From Dimorphilus gyrociliatus (taxonomy: Eukaryota > Animalia > Annelida): a DNA stretch of 64,000 bases. The notes beneath the pieces were generated by a model, which did no database searches, had not been told where the DNA came from, and saw nothing but the letters and a program-made list of their open reading frames with translations. Where the stretch lies: the NCBI GenBank assembly GCA_904063045.1, contig CAJFCJ010000032.1, forward strand, positions 232,612 through 296,611, read 5' to 3'. The first letter of the stretch is position 1. The number at the start of each line of letters is the position of its first letter. This document shows, one piece after another, positions 12,593 to 25,061 of this stretch. A program made the translations under genes and the position numbers.

Positions 12593-15495
12593 AAAATTGA
12601 TGATTATTTATTCTATCCTTTTTCCTTTTGAACGTTTTTTCGTTCTATCATCGATTTTCTTTTTTGGAGAAAATTTTTTCGAAAAGCAGGAAAAAGACAA
12701 CTAAAATAAAAGAATACACAGATAAAGCATATATTCAGTATACATTGCCTTTTTTGTTCATGTACTGTATATAATTCAATATATATACAGTATATATATA
12801 TACATATATATACTGTATATATATATGCATGTATGTATATTTCTAAAGAATATTTTATGCCTTTAAATGAATATACAAGTATATAAAAAAGTGTATATAA
12901 AGTATATGTAGAATAAAGTTTAGTTTATGATTGTACTAAGTGCACTGTTCATATATTCCCCAAGAGCATAAAATGTTCCAGAAAGATAAATTTGCTTTGC
13001 ATTTTTTCCACTTAATTGTTTTCCTCTGATGGGCTGATATCTTTCTAAACTACACTCTGTCGACTTTTCTTCTATATAACTGTCTCCTTATTTTTCTCAC
13101 CTTAACCCCTTTTCACCTTTTGTCTAGTTGTTTCAAATTTGCTAAATTTTCTCCTTTGATATGAAATACACATTAGTTGTTATAGTATTATTAAAAGATC
13201 GGGATTATCTATTTCACTTCTTAACTATATACCATTTCCCAATACCTCTTATTAAAGATTTTCCCTTTGATTTGACAATTTCATGGAGACGGATAGAAAG
13301 AGAAAGAACAACCTTGGCAACGTGGCTTCTTTCCAGATATTTTTACTGTAATTATCTTTCAAGAAGAGATTTTGATTGGTACAAAATACATCAATTAGAC
13401 TGAATAGAATCTTTGTTAAATCTACGATATTTGGGAATTGTTGAACGTGACCAAGTTCTATAGAGTTAAGGTTGTAAACTAGCATTTCTATGAATCATTA
13501 TCAAAAAACTTCCATCTTGTTCGAACACTTCGCTTTATCATTCTCTCATCTTTCGCTCTAGCAGATTAATTAAGAAATTTCAAGGAACACCTTTATTGTT
13601 TCTTTTAAAAGGTTAAATAACAAAAGTTATCTATAGATAAATAAAAACTATATACAGTATACAGTATAAGGATAAAATGAATGCATAAAAAATACACTAT
13701 AGTTTAAAATAGAACACATGTATATATATATCATATATTTTTTTAAATGCAGATGACCAAAACAGTTGATTATTGTTCATAAGAAGATTAATAATATCGT
13801 GTAATCATAACTTGTTATCTAATTTTTACTTATCACTTCGTTATTTAAGAAATTCATTAAAAAAAAGAACAAATTAAATATTTGCAAGTTTAAAAAAGAC
13901 ATTAAGAAAACAAATGCTATAAATAAATACATACAGTATATATATATATATATATAATTTGTATATATACTGAATATATATTAGATTTAAGTATACAAAA
14001 GTTACATTTCTTGTAACACTCTCTCTTCTCCCAATAGACTTGTAAACTCTGCCAAACTAATGAAAGAAAAAAGTCTGTCCTTGACACAGTCTTATATTAT
14101 TCTAGGCCAAAGTAATTTTTCCAGTAGAGTAGGCTACTGATTATGATCGTCAACATATATTTTAATTGGTAACTGTCATTTAATTATCTTGTTTTTTCCT
14201 CCTTTCCAGCCTTCCTCTTTAATATGAGAGATTTTTCTACGCCCACGGAGAGGATAAAAATTGAATTATGACTAATAATAATCTATTTCGATACTTTTTT
14301 TTGGTTATTTTAATATCTAAAGAACTTTTACCTCAGGCTTGTACATCTTCTTCCAATCTTAATATAGAGCAATTAGAAAAAAATAGGAAAATAAAGGAAG
14401 TAAACTCTGTAAGATAATATTCCCAAGCGCTTAATACAGATCTAAGTAAAAAGACAATACATACAGTATATATATACATATATTCTGTGTATAAATTGCT
14501 TAATATCTCTTTGTATTGGTTTTTGTTAATGCTTTACATTGAATTTAGTATAGTTAATCATACGGCAAACCGTAGATAATAGGGTCTCTTAGTCTTTCTG
14601 CGTCAGACGAGTACAACAAGATTTTTAAGTGACTGGTAACAACTCGCACGTGTATTTATATTGGACTAGTACAATATACTCTAAAGTTCTCAGTATACAA
14701 GTGTACGTTCATATCTCTTGCATAACCTTTTAAGGTCAAACTTGTACTTTTTATGTACATTTCAATGAACTAATCTAGATTTTAACCTCTTTCTTTTCAC
14801 TTAATAGGAATTTTCTTGGAAGTATGACACGAGTAAAGAAATATTACTATATTAACTTTGTAAGAGACGCTAAAGCATCAATTTGATGACATTTTTACGG
14901 ATAAATCACAATATGTGAGATGCATACTATGTAAACAGAGTCCGTCCTTCTTCCTGTTTATAAATAATATATATATTTTCCCACTCGCAATAAACATTAA
15001 TGTAATAAAGACTGTTGTTTGTTAATTATTTCCATCTTTTATTCTTAGTTGTAAATTATATATACTATACTACAAGAGACAACAGCAATTTGAATGCTAC
15101 GTGACGAACGAAAACAACACTTTCTTCAGTCAGTTCTAAATATAGGCCTTTATTTTTTAGTTAGTTTTTATTGTCAATATTATTCATTAAGAAGGAGGTT
15201 CGTGTTTTCATTCTCTCCCTTTTCTTGTTTCGATTAATGTTTTAAAATATTAATAGCAATAGAGAGATCATTATAATAATATAATGTATTGATTGTAGTT
15301 AAATATTCATAAATTGATGTTTATTGATATGTAATGTTCGATATCTTCCCTTTAAGGTTTATTTACCATCAATGTATGAAGAATAGGTAATATATTGAAA
15401 TTCTATGACATGATTTTTTATTGAGATGACCGGTTTATTGAGATTTGTACACACACTCAGAGTTTCACTCTTTGTGCGTAGAGCGATAAGACGCT

Positions 15496-16612
15496 ATGGT
15501 TAAACTTTGTCTCACTTTCAGCTTTTCGTTCGTTAATTTCTTTACAATTTGCATAAAAGCCGATCAAGGTAGATTATTTTCTTTGATAAAAGTTAAGGAA
15601 CCATTTCCACAACCCCAATCTAAAATAAATCTTCCGGGAGCGACACAAAATCCAGGGCTGTCATGCTTCAGTTACTGCAGATCGAGCTTGAAATGTTCAT
15701 TTGTAACTTTCTCTTCGTCGGAATGTTTTTTATATGATAAGGATAGTTTGGCCGAAACCTTTTATCAGACGAATTCTCTTCAGGGAGAAAACTATCAATT
15801 GGCTTACATGAGTTTGTTCAATCCAATTTTTTTAATATTATGTTTCTATTTTCCCTTTATATTTAGCACTTCCTACACTGGTGGACGGTAGTACAATTAT
15901 AAATACAAACTTTAAAGATGTGAAACCCGGTATGTTAAATACCAACTTGATGTTAACCGATTCAAGCAGTATCATGTTAACGTATCGAGTTGAGTGCGAT
16001 GGTCGAACTAGAGGAATGGTAACCGGAATAGGCGGTATAAAGTTTTCCGAATCAGATTTAGTTTTACAGAATCAGTGTCGAATTAATTATCAGAATTCTT
16101 TAGCTTCGTGGAGATCGTCAAATCCTAAAACGTTTTCCATCGAGTTGTGGTATAGGCCTAAAGATAATTTACATAGTAGCTATATTTTCTTATATCCAAC
16201 TTTTTTTGGTATACTGAATGGAGAGAACGCAACTGATAAAATAGGACCAGCTTTCTTTATAGAGTCGTGTCCTAATGGAAAAATTTTCTATACGAATAAT
16301 AAAACGCTTAATTACGATAATACAATTCATCATTTGATTGTTACAGTTGATTTTAATTTAAAGGTAGTGAAACAATACCTGGATGGTGAGGAAGTTTCTT
16401 CACACGTTCTCTGCGATTATCCAAGCATTATAACTCGTCGTCAATCGATTCAACCAACCCTGCCTGGGGCGCCCAATGGTTCGACTAGAGATTATAGAGG
16501 AACAATATATTCTTTTCGATTGTTAAATAGAATATTACAAAGAGTAGAGATAAAACAGCTGAGTTTTCTCTATCCGAACGAAGTACAGCTTATACCAGAA
16601 ACGCACCGCTAG
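15496..16612 (+). CDS. Secreted PAN/apple-like + LamG/concanavalin-like protein, copy 1
   Basis: Exons 15496-15811 and 15867-16612 with a 55-nt phase-1 intron. It has an N-terminal hydrophobic leader, CFSYCRSSLKCSFVTFSSSECFLY, and the LamG-like motifs FSIELWYRP, HHLIVTVD, QYLDG and YRGTIYSFRLLNR. Confidence 0.8.
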
Positions 16613-17015
16613 TTAAACGTGAATAGTATCAAGTGTTCCAATGTGATTTCTCTCTATCCATCGGAATAAATAAATAAATAATTCATAGTAATATTTATTA
16701 ATCATTTACTACAATTCATTGAATCTTATAGAATAATTACAAAGACGTTGCTCTTTGTAAGGAGGTAATTGACCTACTCCTGGGGTGTTATTTTAAGGCA
16801 CATTTAATTGATTATCTACTGTTAATATATATATATTTATATATATGTATATAGAATATTCAATAAACTTTATATGTACAACACATTGAATATTGTGATT
16901 TAGTTTTCTTTAGATGTTAAGCATATAAAAGCAAGAGAAAAAGTTTATAAAAGTAACTTTGCTTCTTGAATATTTTCCATTTCAGACTTCGACAGCATAA
17001 AAATAAGTTTGAGAA

Positions 17016-18203
17016 ATGGAAAGTTTGTCATTGAATTGTTTATACATTTCATCATTTTTCATTACAATTTACTGTTCAGAGTTAAAAATAAACTATTTTA
17101 AACTTATTCAAGTAACACATCCTCTACCATCGCCAAAAGAAAAGTTTACCCTAAATACCCTGCATCGTCAAGAGTCTATTCAGTTGGAATGTTCTAGGAA
17201 ATGTTTAATTTGTATGCAATTGGCATACTTTGCTTTTTCCAAGACAACTTGTTACTGTTACGGTGATGAACATCTTAAATTGACTTTTTTTAAACCAAAA
17301 AATATCATCAGTAAAGACACAGCCTTCTTTTTGGCTATAAGGGGTAATTGTATATAATGTATATTTAGTCTCTAATTATATCATACGATTACTAATTTTG
17401 TAGATCGGCCCACATCGAACGATAAATCAACTGTTTTAGATTTGAATTTTAAAGAGCTTACTAAGGGTAGTACGATCGACAATGGACAGATAATAAAAGA
17501 TAAAAGCTCGTATAGTAATAACGGTAAAGTTGTATGTAAACAAGAAAATACTGCTCTAGAAGCTGGCGTTGGTTCTATTGCATTCTCTTTATCAAACTTA
17601 GTACAAAAGAATAATTGCTATTTAGAAGTTCAACCTAAATCGTCAATACTTACATTAGTAAATAGTGACTTTTCAGTTGAAATATGGTATAATCCTACGG
17701 ATAATAATTTTGGAGGTTATCTTATGGTCTTAGAAGATTATTTTGGCATAAGGAATGGGAATTTGAAAACACTTGGGGAAGAGAATGGTCCATTTTTTTA
17801 TTTTAAAAATCAGTGCGGCACTTTTTATCCTTTAGATAAACGTCCACAAGATTATAATAATAAGGTTCATCATTATCTGGCGACTTTTGATGCGTCTAAC
17901 AAAGTTCTCACACAATATTTAGACTCGAGACAAGTTAGTCGAAATGAAGTGTGCAACGAAGGAGAAATTGAAAGATCTACTTCGGGTCTCTTTCTAGGCA
18001 CATCTGAAAACATCAAGTCCCAAAGAGACTATAGAGGACAAATCTACTCGTTACGGCTACTGAAAAGAGTAATTCAAGAGGATGAGGTGAAAAGGTTAAG
18101 TAATTTATATCCAAACCAAATTGACATTAGGCCAGAAAAGATAGCTCTGAAGGAAACTTTACCGGAAACTGACGAACAACCTAATGAACAAATCGCGAGT
18201 TGA
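17016..18203 (+). CDS. Secreted PAN/WSC-like + LamG/concanavalin-like protein, copy 2 (tandem paralog)
   Basis: Exons 17016-17343 and 17404-18203 with a 60-nt phase-1 intron at the equivalent position. Motifs: CSRKC...YFAFSKTTCYCYG, FSVEIWYNP, HHYLATFD, QYLDS and YRGQIYSLRLLKR. Confidence 0.8.
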
Positions 18204-18710
18204 AAAATACTATAAATAATAATACTAATAACAATAATAAGAAGATAAATATGTCTTTTTTGTCTGTTGTTTGCATCTTATTTTCTTCGTTTTGTTTTTT
18301 ATTAAAATAGAGACACGTCTGATAAAAGATATCTATTTTAAATGCTCTAGTGTTATTCACTTTTTTTATCGCGATAACAACATACATTTCTTTAAGTAAA
18401 ACAATTCTACGTTCAAACTTGTTGTTCTTTTTCTTTATACATCAATTGTTAAGGTTGATTAGTGTAAAATCCGTTAATAAGTAGACATAGCATATAGATT
18501 ATTATGCGGAAGCAGTATTAGATTAATTACTATACAGTGCAATTTACTATTACTTTATATAGAAAATACAGCTTTGTTATATAATAATTGTTCATTATGA
18601 TTATTTTATCACTTTATTTGACCTTTTCCGATAAGAGATACAACGTATAGATATATATACCGTTCAATGTACAATAATCTTCATTTCGGTATTCAACCAC
18701 CATTCATAGA

Positions 18711-21019
18711 ATGCAATCGACACAGTTATGGAAAAAGGCTAACAGATGGGTTAATTACCTTTTTTATCACTTAAAACCAATTCTTGGTTCTTCAATCTCG
18801 TATCAGACTCCATCCGAAGAAACTGTTACTTTAGCCGCTCAATTATTTAAGGTAAATAGATGAATTTCCAACGTCTTTTGATCAATTCTATTCAATTCTA
18901 TTCAATTTGTTTCAATTTGTTTCAATTTGTTTCTTTCTTTCTCTCTCTCTCTATCAGTTACTTGAAGAAAGGCGAAAAGAAGATGACCTTCTCAAGAAAA
19001 CTTACCTTTTCGTTACATTCCAAAAAGTTTTTAAAAATTGCACAGATATTGAATCTCTTCTTCAAGTAACCAATGGCTGTGGATATAATTTACTGCAAAC
19101 TGCAACAGCTTACCGGGATATAGAGATTATAGACCTTTTAATATCAGAAGGAGTAAGTCCTGATTTAGGAAAATGTTCTCCTCCCCTGCACATAGCTTCT
19201 TCAAAAGGAGATATTGATCTTGTTCTACATCTCCTAGATTTAGGTGCTAATCTGAATAAAAAGTGCGGAATGTGTTGGCCTAAACCTCATCTACCTATTA
19301 AACACGTTCCATCTAGATTTCACTTTTTGGAAACGGATATCTTCCTGTGCGATACAAATTCTAAATTGCCGTTAATGTGCGCAATTGAAGGAGATCACGT
19401 GGCTATTGTTGATAAAATCTGGAAGAAATCTCGTCTATCAAAATGGTTTGTATAGTTTTATGAGTATTTATTTAAATAAGAGACTTGTAACATGTTTTTT
19501 TCTGTTCGCTTAATTTTTGTATTTAATACAATTAATCAATCAGTTAATCAATTATCTAACAAATTAACTAATTATTTAATAATTTTCCAGTTATCCTCTT
19601 CATTGGGCTGCTGAGAATAGTAGTTTGGCGTGTTTAGAATATTTTACGACCAAGGAAGGAATAAATACGAAAGATGATTGTCAGATGACGCCTCTAATGT
19701 ATGGCGTTTCAGTTGGCAAGAAAGTTGTTCAACGTCTTCTAGATTTTGGCGCGGACGTTCATTGCCATAATGCAAATGGTGGCGTACTTCATCACTTCTT
19801 TAGGAATTTACGTAATCCTCTCGAATTATACGAAGTAACTAAACTTCTTTTGGGACACGGCTTAGAAAGCAGTGTAAATACGTTGGATAGGGACAAGAAT
19901 ACCGTTTTACATTTCCTAGTATTACTATGCAATAGAAAATTAGAAACGCTCTCACAAGACGCCACTGACCAAGAGAATTTTAATGAGCAAGTTATTAAAA
20001 CTCTTGAATTACTATTACTGCATAATGTAGACGCTAATATCTTCAATTCAAGTGGAGTAACAGCACTACATAAACTACTTTTAACATTTGATTTTGTACT
20101 GAGTAACGAACCAAGAGGGATTACTGCCGATAGCTTACCACAAAGGGAATTCTACGAGATAAATATGGAGGTTTTGAACTCAGCCCTATCTATTTTATGT
20201 CGACACGAAGCAGACGTTTGTTCCTTAACCGCAGCGGGAAGATCTTCTATAATAATAGTTCTTCAATCGATACTCGAAGCAAAATGGCAACTTGTTTCAA
20301 AAAATTCCAACGAATTAATTAAATTAATGTCAACTTTATGTAAATACGGAACCAAATTGGATCTTAATCGAAATATCCATAATATGATTGTCGCTTCATT
20401 GACGAAACTTACGGAAAAATCTATTCATAATCCGAATATGTCAGATTTTACGATATCAATTTACGAGACGTTATTCAAAAATGGGTTAGACCCTAACAAA
20501 ACAGGTCAACCACCTGCAAATATTTTAGCTCAGACTATCCGAGCGATAAGTACAGTAAGGAGTGAAGCCGGTGCAAATTTCTTATATAAAATTGTAGAAT
20601 GGCAACTGCAAAGAGGAGCAAATCCAGATATTGAACCATACGCTTTAGATCTAGAATTTCGTTCTTCCCAAAGTTGTTTCTTTTTAAAGAAAACCTCTAA
20701 TGGAATACTACAATTGACTATAGATGAATTACAGTCATTACCAAATTCTAAAGTTGGCAATTACGTCGCCGAAAAACTCTTGTATTTAATCTGCAATAGT
20801 GTTAGTCATCCGACTCTATATGCTATCAACAAAGGATATTTGGCGACAGTTGAATCAAGATTTAGGAACATTTTAATTCATTTCATAGAAAGCCCAAGGA
20901 GTTTAAAGCAAATAGCAAGAGTAGTTATATATAAGCAATTAGATAGAAATCTATATAATAAAGTTAATCATTTACCGTTGCCTTTCCTACTAAAACAGTA
21001 TTTGTTATTTTTCATTTAA
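18711..21019 (+). CDS. Ankyrin repeat and SOCS box protein (ASB family)
   Basis: Exons about 18711-18749 (tentative), 18807-18851, 18958-19445 and 19591-21019 are phase-consistent. Ankyrin repeats: PPLHIASSKG, YPLHWAA, TPLMYG, TALH. C-terminal SOCS box: PRSLKQIARVVI...HLPLPFLLKQYL. Confidence 0.9.
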
Positions 21020-21526
21020 AATAATAAAACATTCAAATTTTTAGATTCTTCTTTTAGTAAATAAAAAAGAGGAATAAGACAAGATTCTTCCTTTATCGTG
21101 TTGATAAATTAATATCTACTGTATATACTGTATATAATATGTTTATACTTTAATCCGATAGGTGGCATTAATGCTCACAACTCGTTCGCTCTGTCTTTCT
21201 TTTTGTATATCTATATAAATAGTGATGAAATAAAAAACAGATAATATTTATTCAATCAAAAGGTAAAGCACTTGACGTTAAAGACTATGTTGTATAAAAA
21301 AAATATAGGTCAAACTATCATCTTGTTTTTTTCTTTTAGTTTTCTTTTTTTTTATTGTTTTGTTTTTTAATGCAAGAAAAAGTTTGCTTCTCACTTTCAA
21401 GAGGTTGACAAATGTACGCTAAATTTTTGTGCATGTGGATAATTTTCTTTTAATATGGCAGGTTAAAAAGTATACTTTTTTGAGTTTTTTCCTTTTCTCT
21501 ATCTATCTCTTTCTCTTTCTTTCTTT

Positions 21527-23196
21527 TTAACTTTCAATTTGGTTTTGCTGCATTCCAAAAAGTTCAACGTTAATTAATAATTGGCCAGCGTCATTCATAA
21601 GAGCTTTAATCGAGTCTGGATTGCAGTTGTGAGGTAAATCAATTTCTCTACTAAATTCGCATGATCTACTTCCGGTTGCAGATTTAACTTCGTGCTTTCC
21701 TTTAATTTTTAACTTCTTCCCTTCTGTTGTTACTTTAATATCTTCTAATTCGTATTCCGGATTTACGTCAATTACCAATTTCATTTTATTTTCATCTTCC
21801 GTAATCCATCCTCCTCTCCGTGCGATAGATGGTGAAGAAGTGGAACTTGTTTCTGACGAAAATCGTTTAGAAGATACAATTTCTTGATAAGCAGGAGCTG
21901 ATACAGGAGCTTCAACTTGTAAGATTCCATCCGAACTCAGTGAACTTACTAATGAGTCAGCATTTACTTGTTTTGGTAGTTCCACAGTTTTCGAGAAGGA
22001 TTTAGTAGATGTTTTCTGACCAATCTTTTCCTCGTGCTGCGCCTCAACAACAAGTCTATCGTCCTTCGTTTTAACAGTTATCTCTTCTGGTTTAAATTCT
22101 TTAACATCAAAGCTAACTTTAAAGAGTTTACCGGGTCCTGTAAAATAAACATCCATCAGTAAATTCGTTCTGCTTTTAACTAACAATTCAATAAAATAAA
22201 CAGATTCTATTAAATCCTTGTCTTTTTTCTTTTTTATTCCTTCTCTCTCGCTCGCTCTCTCTAGTATAAACTTAAGCCATGTGGCGCAATTGGACCTTGT
22301 TAGATAGATTACATTTAAATGTCTTTCTTTATTTATAAGATGACGAGGAGCGAAATCGTTAACAAAAAAGACAAACAAACAAACAGTATACAGTATATTG
22401 TATACTGTATATTTATATTCATTTATATATCTTTTCTATCGTCACCTTAAAAAGTGTCCTATTGTTGAACTGTACAGAATTGTTATCTTTTCTTTTATCT
22501 ATAGTACTTTTATTCTTACATTACATTAAAAAAGAACCCTTGGAAGAGAAAATGTGTGAAGGGGAGTGGCGAGGGGGAGTAGGAGAGGTTGAGAGAAAAT
22601 ATTTTATACAGGATATAAGTATTCCCGTTAGAAACATCGCGGTCCTAATCGATTCTTTGGGAAATATCCTTAGGGCGCTTCAAAATTTGAGTAATTCGTT
22701 AAGAGAAATAGTTGATCGATTGAATTAGGCTAGAAAAGAAATTTTTTATTGTATTTGCTTTGCTAATTAAATATTTACAGCATTATAATCCTCAAGAAGA
22801 AACAATTTATGATCATTTGTTTACACCCTTTCTAACTACAAAAAGGTGTAAAAGAGGGTAAAAAGGGATAAGATATCTTTAAAATAATATAAGTATCTTA
22901 CCTGGAGAATTTTTTGCCTTTCTCACAATCGATGGTGATCCACAGCCGTCGAAAAACATGGATTTCAAATCCATATCCTTTAATCTCATCTCATTCCTCA
23001 TTGAATCAATTGGATCCAATTTAAATAGGGACTGCCTCATTAATTCAACTTCATCTCTCCATTCTCTCCTTCGCTGCTCCATTCTTTCTTGCATCTCCTC
23101 GAATAAAGTCTTGTGTCTTTCCTCGAAACTTCTACTATCTTTCCTTATAGGTATATTCTTTGCCGGTATATAAATTTCTGATTTATAGGTTGCCAT
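21527..23196 (-). CDS. Small heat-shock protein with two alpha-crystallin domains (p40/major-egg-antigen-like), 301 aa
   Basis: Exon 1 (23196-22902) joins exon 2 (22137-21527) in phase 1. ACD1: FKVSFDVKEFKPEEITVK...SSLSSDGILQVEAP. ACD2: LVIDVNPEYELEDIKV...FSREIDLP...GQLLI. Confidence 0.9.
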
Positions 23197-25009
23197 AGCT
23201 GTTTTTTTCTACCTATATATTAAAAATAAATGTCTGTTAACTATATACGTGAGCAGTTTGCAATTGTATATAATCGTATAGGCTTACAGTACAAACACGG
23301 TTCGAAGGTTATTGACAGAGCGTGCAGCGGTTGGGGATGAATAGTAAATATTTTTTGGGATGATTAACTGGATTATCTACGATTTTTAGTTTTGTTACAT
23401 AGCCTGTAACATTGTATAATTATATTTCTAGGCTTATATGGCAAATAGACTGGTTAAGGGTTTATTAACAGAACGTGCTTATTCCTGGAATTCACTGTAA
23501 ACAATATTTATTGTGTAATTCGTGTTTTTGCATAAAAAGAATATTTTTTATTAAGATGAATTGAATAGTTTGCCATCAATTCTAGTGAAAAAAATACTAA
23601 TAGAAGGCGTTTTCCCCTTCCTATGAGGAAAAGAATGGTTAAAAGAATTAGGTCAATGATAAAACTAGAATTATAATAGACTTATCAATGTTAACCGAAC
23701 GTGATTTATATCACATGTACTTTGTTTTATTATCAATTAAATTGATGAATTAAGGATATTTTAATAGATCTTTTAGGATTATAGCAACGTATTTGCATTC
23801 ACATTCCGCATAAACCAAACGGAAAAGATTTAGAGATAGAGAGATAGAGAAAGACAGACGGAAAGAGATGCTAAAATATGATCAGATCGAATTGAAATTG
23901 CAAATATATGATATAATATGCAAGAATGTGTGATAAATAGCAAAAGCTGTTGGTTTTTTACCACCATAATCAACGTATAAGAGTTTCGTAAGTTTTAGAT
24001 TTTTGGCCTATCCTTCCAACATTTGAATAAAGAATACTTTTTATCAATATATTTGAATCTTTCAAGAATACTTCGTAATATTATAACTGATGGTTTCTAT
24101 TCAAAAAGCACTAGGTCCTTTTTCAAATCAATAGTTCCATACCATTTTTTATAAAAAGTATTACATCTATTAATAGAAATGGGAAAAAATGTATCTATTC
24201 TCCCACTCTCCCCCCCCTCTCTCTCTCTCTCTATCTCTATCTTGCAATTTTCTTGTTTTAAAAAAAGATAAGAAAATGATATAAAACGTATATAGGGAGC
24301 AACTCTTTCTTCTCTCTTATCTATCATCTAAGGAGGAGAAGAAGAAGAAGTAGAAGAAGTATTAGCACTATACGATAAGAAATATTAACGTTTCTCTTCT
24401 TTTCAATGAAAAATCGATAAAATATTCAGACTATTAGGTTTGGAGAACTAAGACAAATCTTTTACTTTTTTTTGCTTCCATACTCTCAGAGTGCTAAGGT
24501 GTCGACCTTTCGCAGACTATTTTTCAGCTTATAAATCGATATACATGCATTTACTCGTCTAGACAATTAAAAATCAATACTAACCTTGCACGATTCTGTT
24601 CGTATCTTTGTAGAAATTTTTAAAATTTATATATATATATATAAATATATCTAAATTTTTATTTATATACGTATATAGCTATAAATATAATTGCAGTATT
24701 GCAGTATTGCAGCAGTGTAAGAGGGCAGCTAGCAATGCAACTGTCCAACTGATCTGCACCAGCTTGCTGCAGAGTTTTTAAGCCCTCTGTTGGCGCATGC
24801 TCATTTTACTCTTCATTTTTTTGTGTGTTTATTATCCGTAGAGTCTAAACACTTTTTCCCTATTTTTGATGTGTTTTTCTAAAAATAATTTCTGATTCAT
24901 GAAAAGAATAACGAAGAAGAAAATCTTACTATTCATAATACAAGTAATAGAATATAAATAAACTGGCAATTTCAATGTGTAAAAAAAGTTTTTTGAAATT
25001 ATTTCTCTT

Positions 25010-25023
25010 TTTCCTCTCTCTCT

Positions 25024-25058
<35 letters not shown>
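25010..25058. repeat. (TC)n microsatellite
   Basis: Directly visible. Confidence 0.9.

Positions 25059-25061
<3 letters not shown>

Noticed and set aside
13161-13560. Overlapping ORFs on both strands with a vague LRR or neuropeptide look
   Set aside because: They are bounded by stops, have no consistent splice path and no diagnostic motif.
19792-20760. Minus-strand ORFs inside the ASB gene
   Set aside because: They are antisense shadows of a long coding exon.
22462-22735. ORF or possible extra exon inside the sHSP intron
   Set aside because: All frames after the candidate acceptor hit stops, and exon 1 already joins exon 2 in phase.
23466-23497. Heat-shock element upstream of the sHSP
   Set aside because: The nGAAn units are out of register or mismatched.
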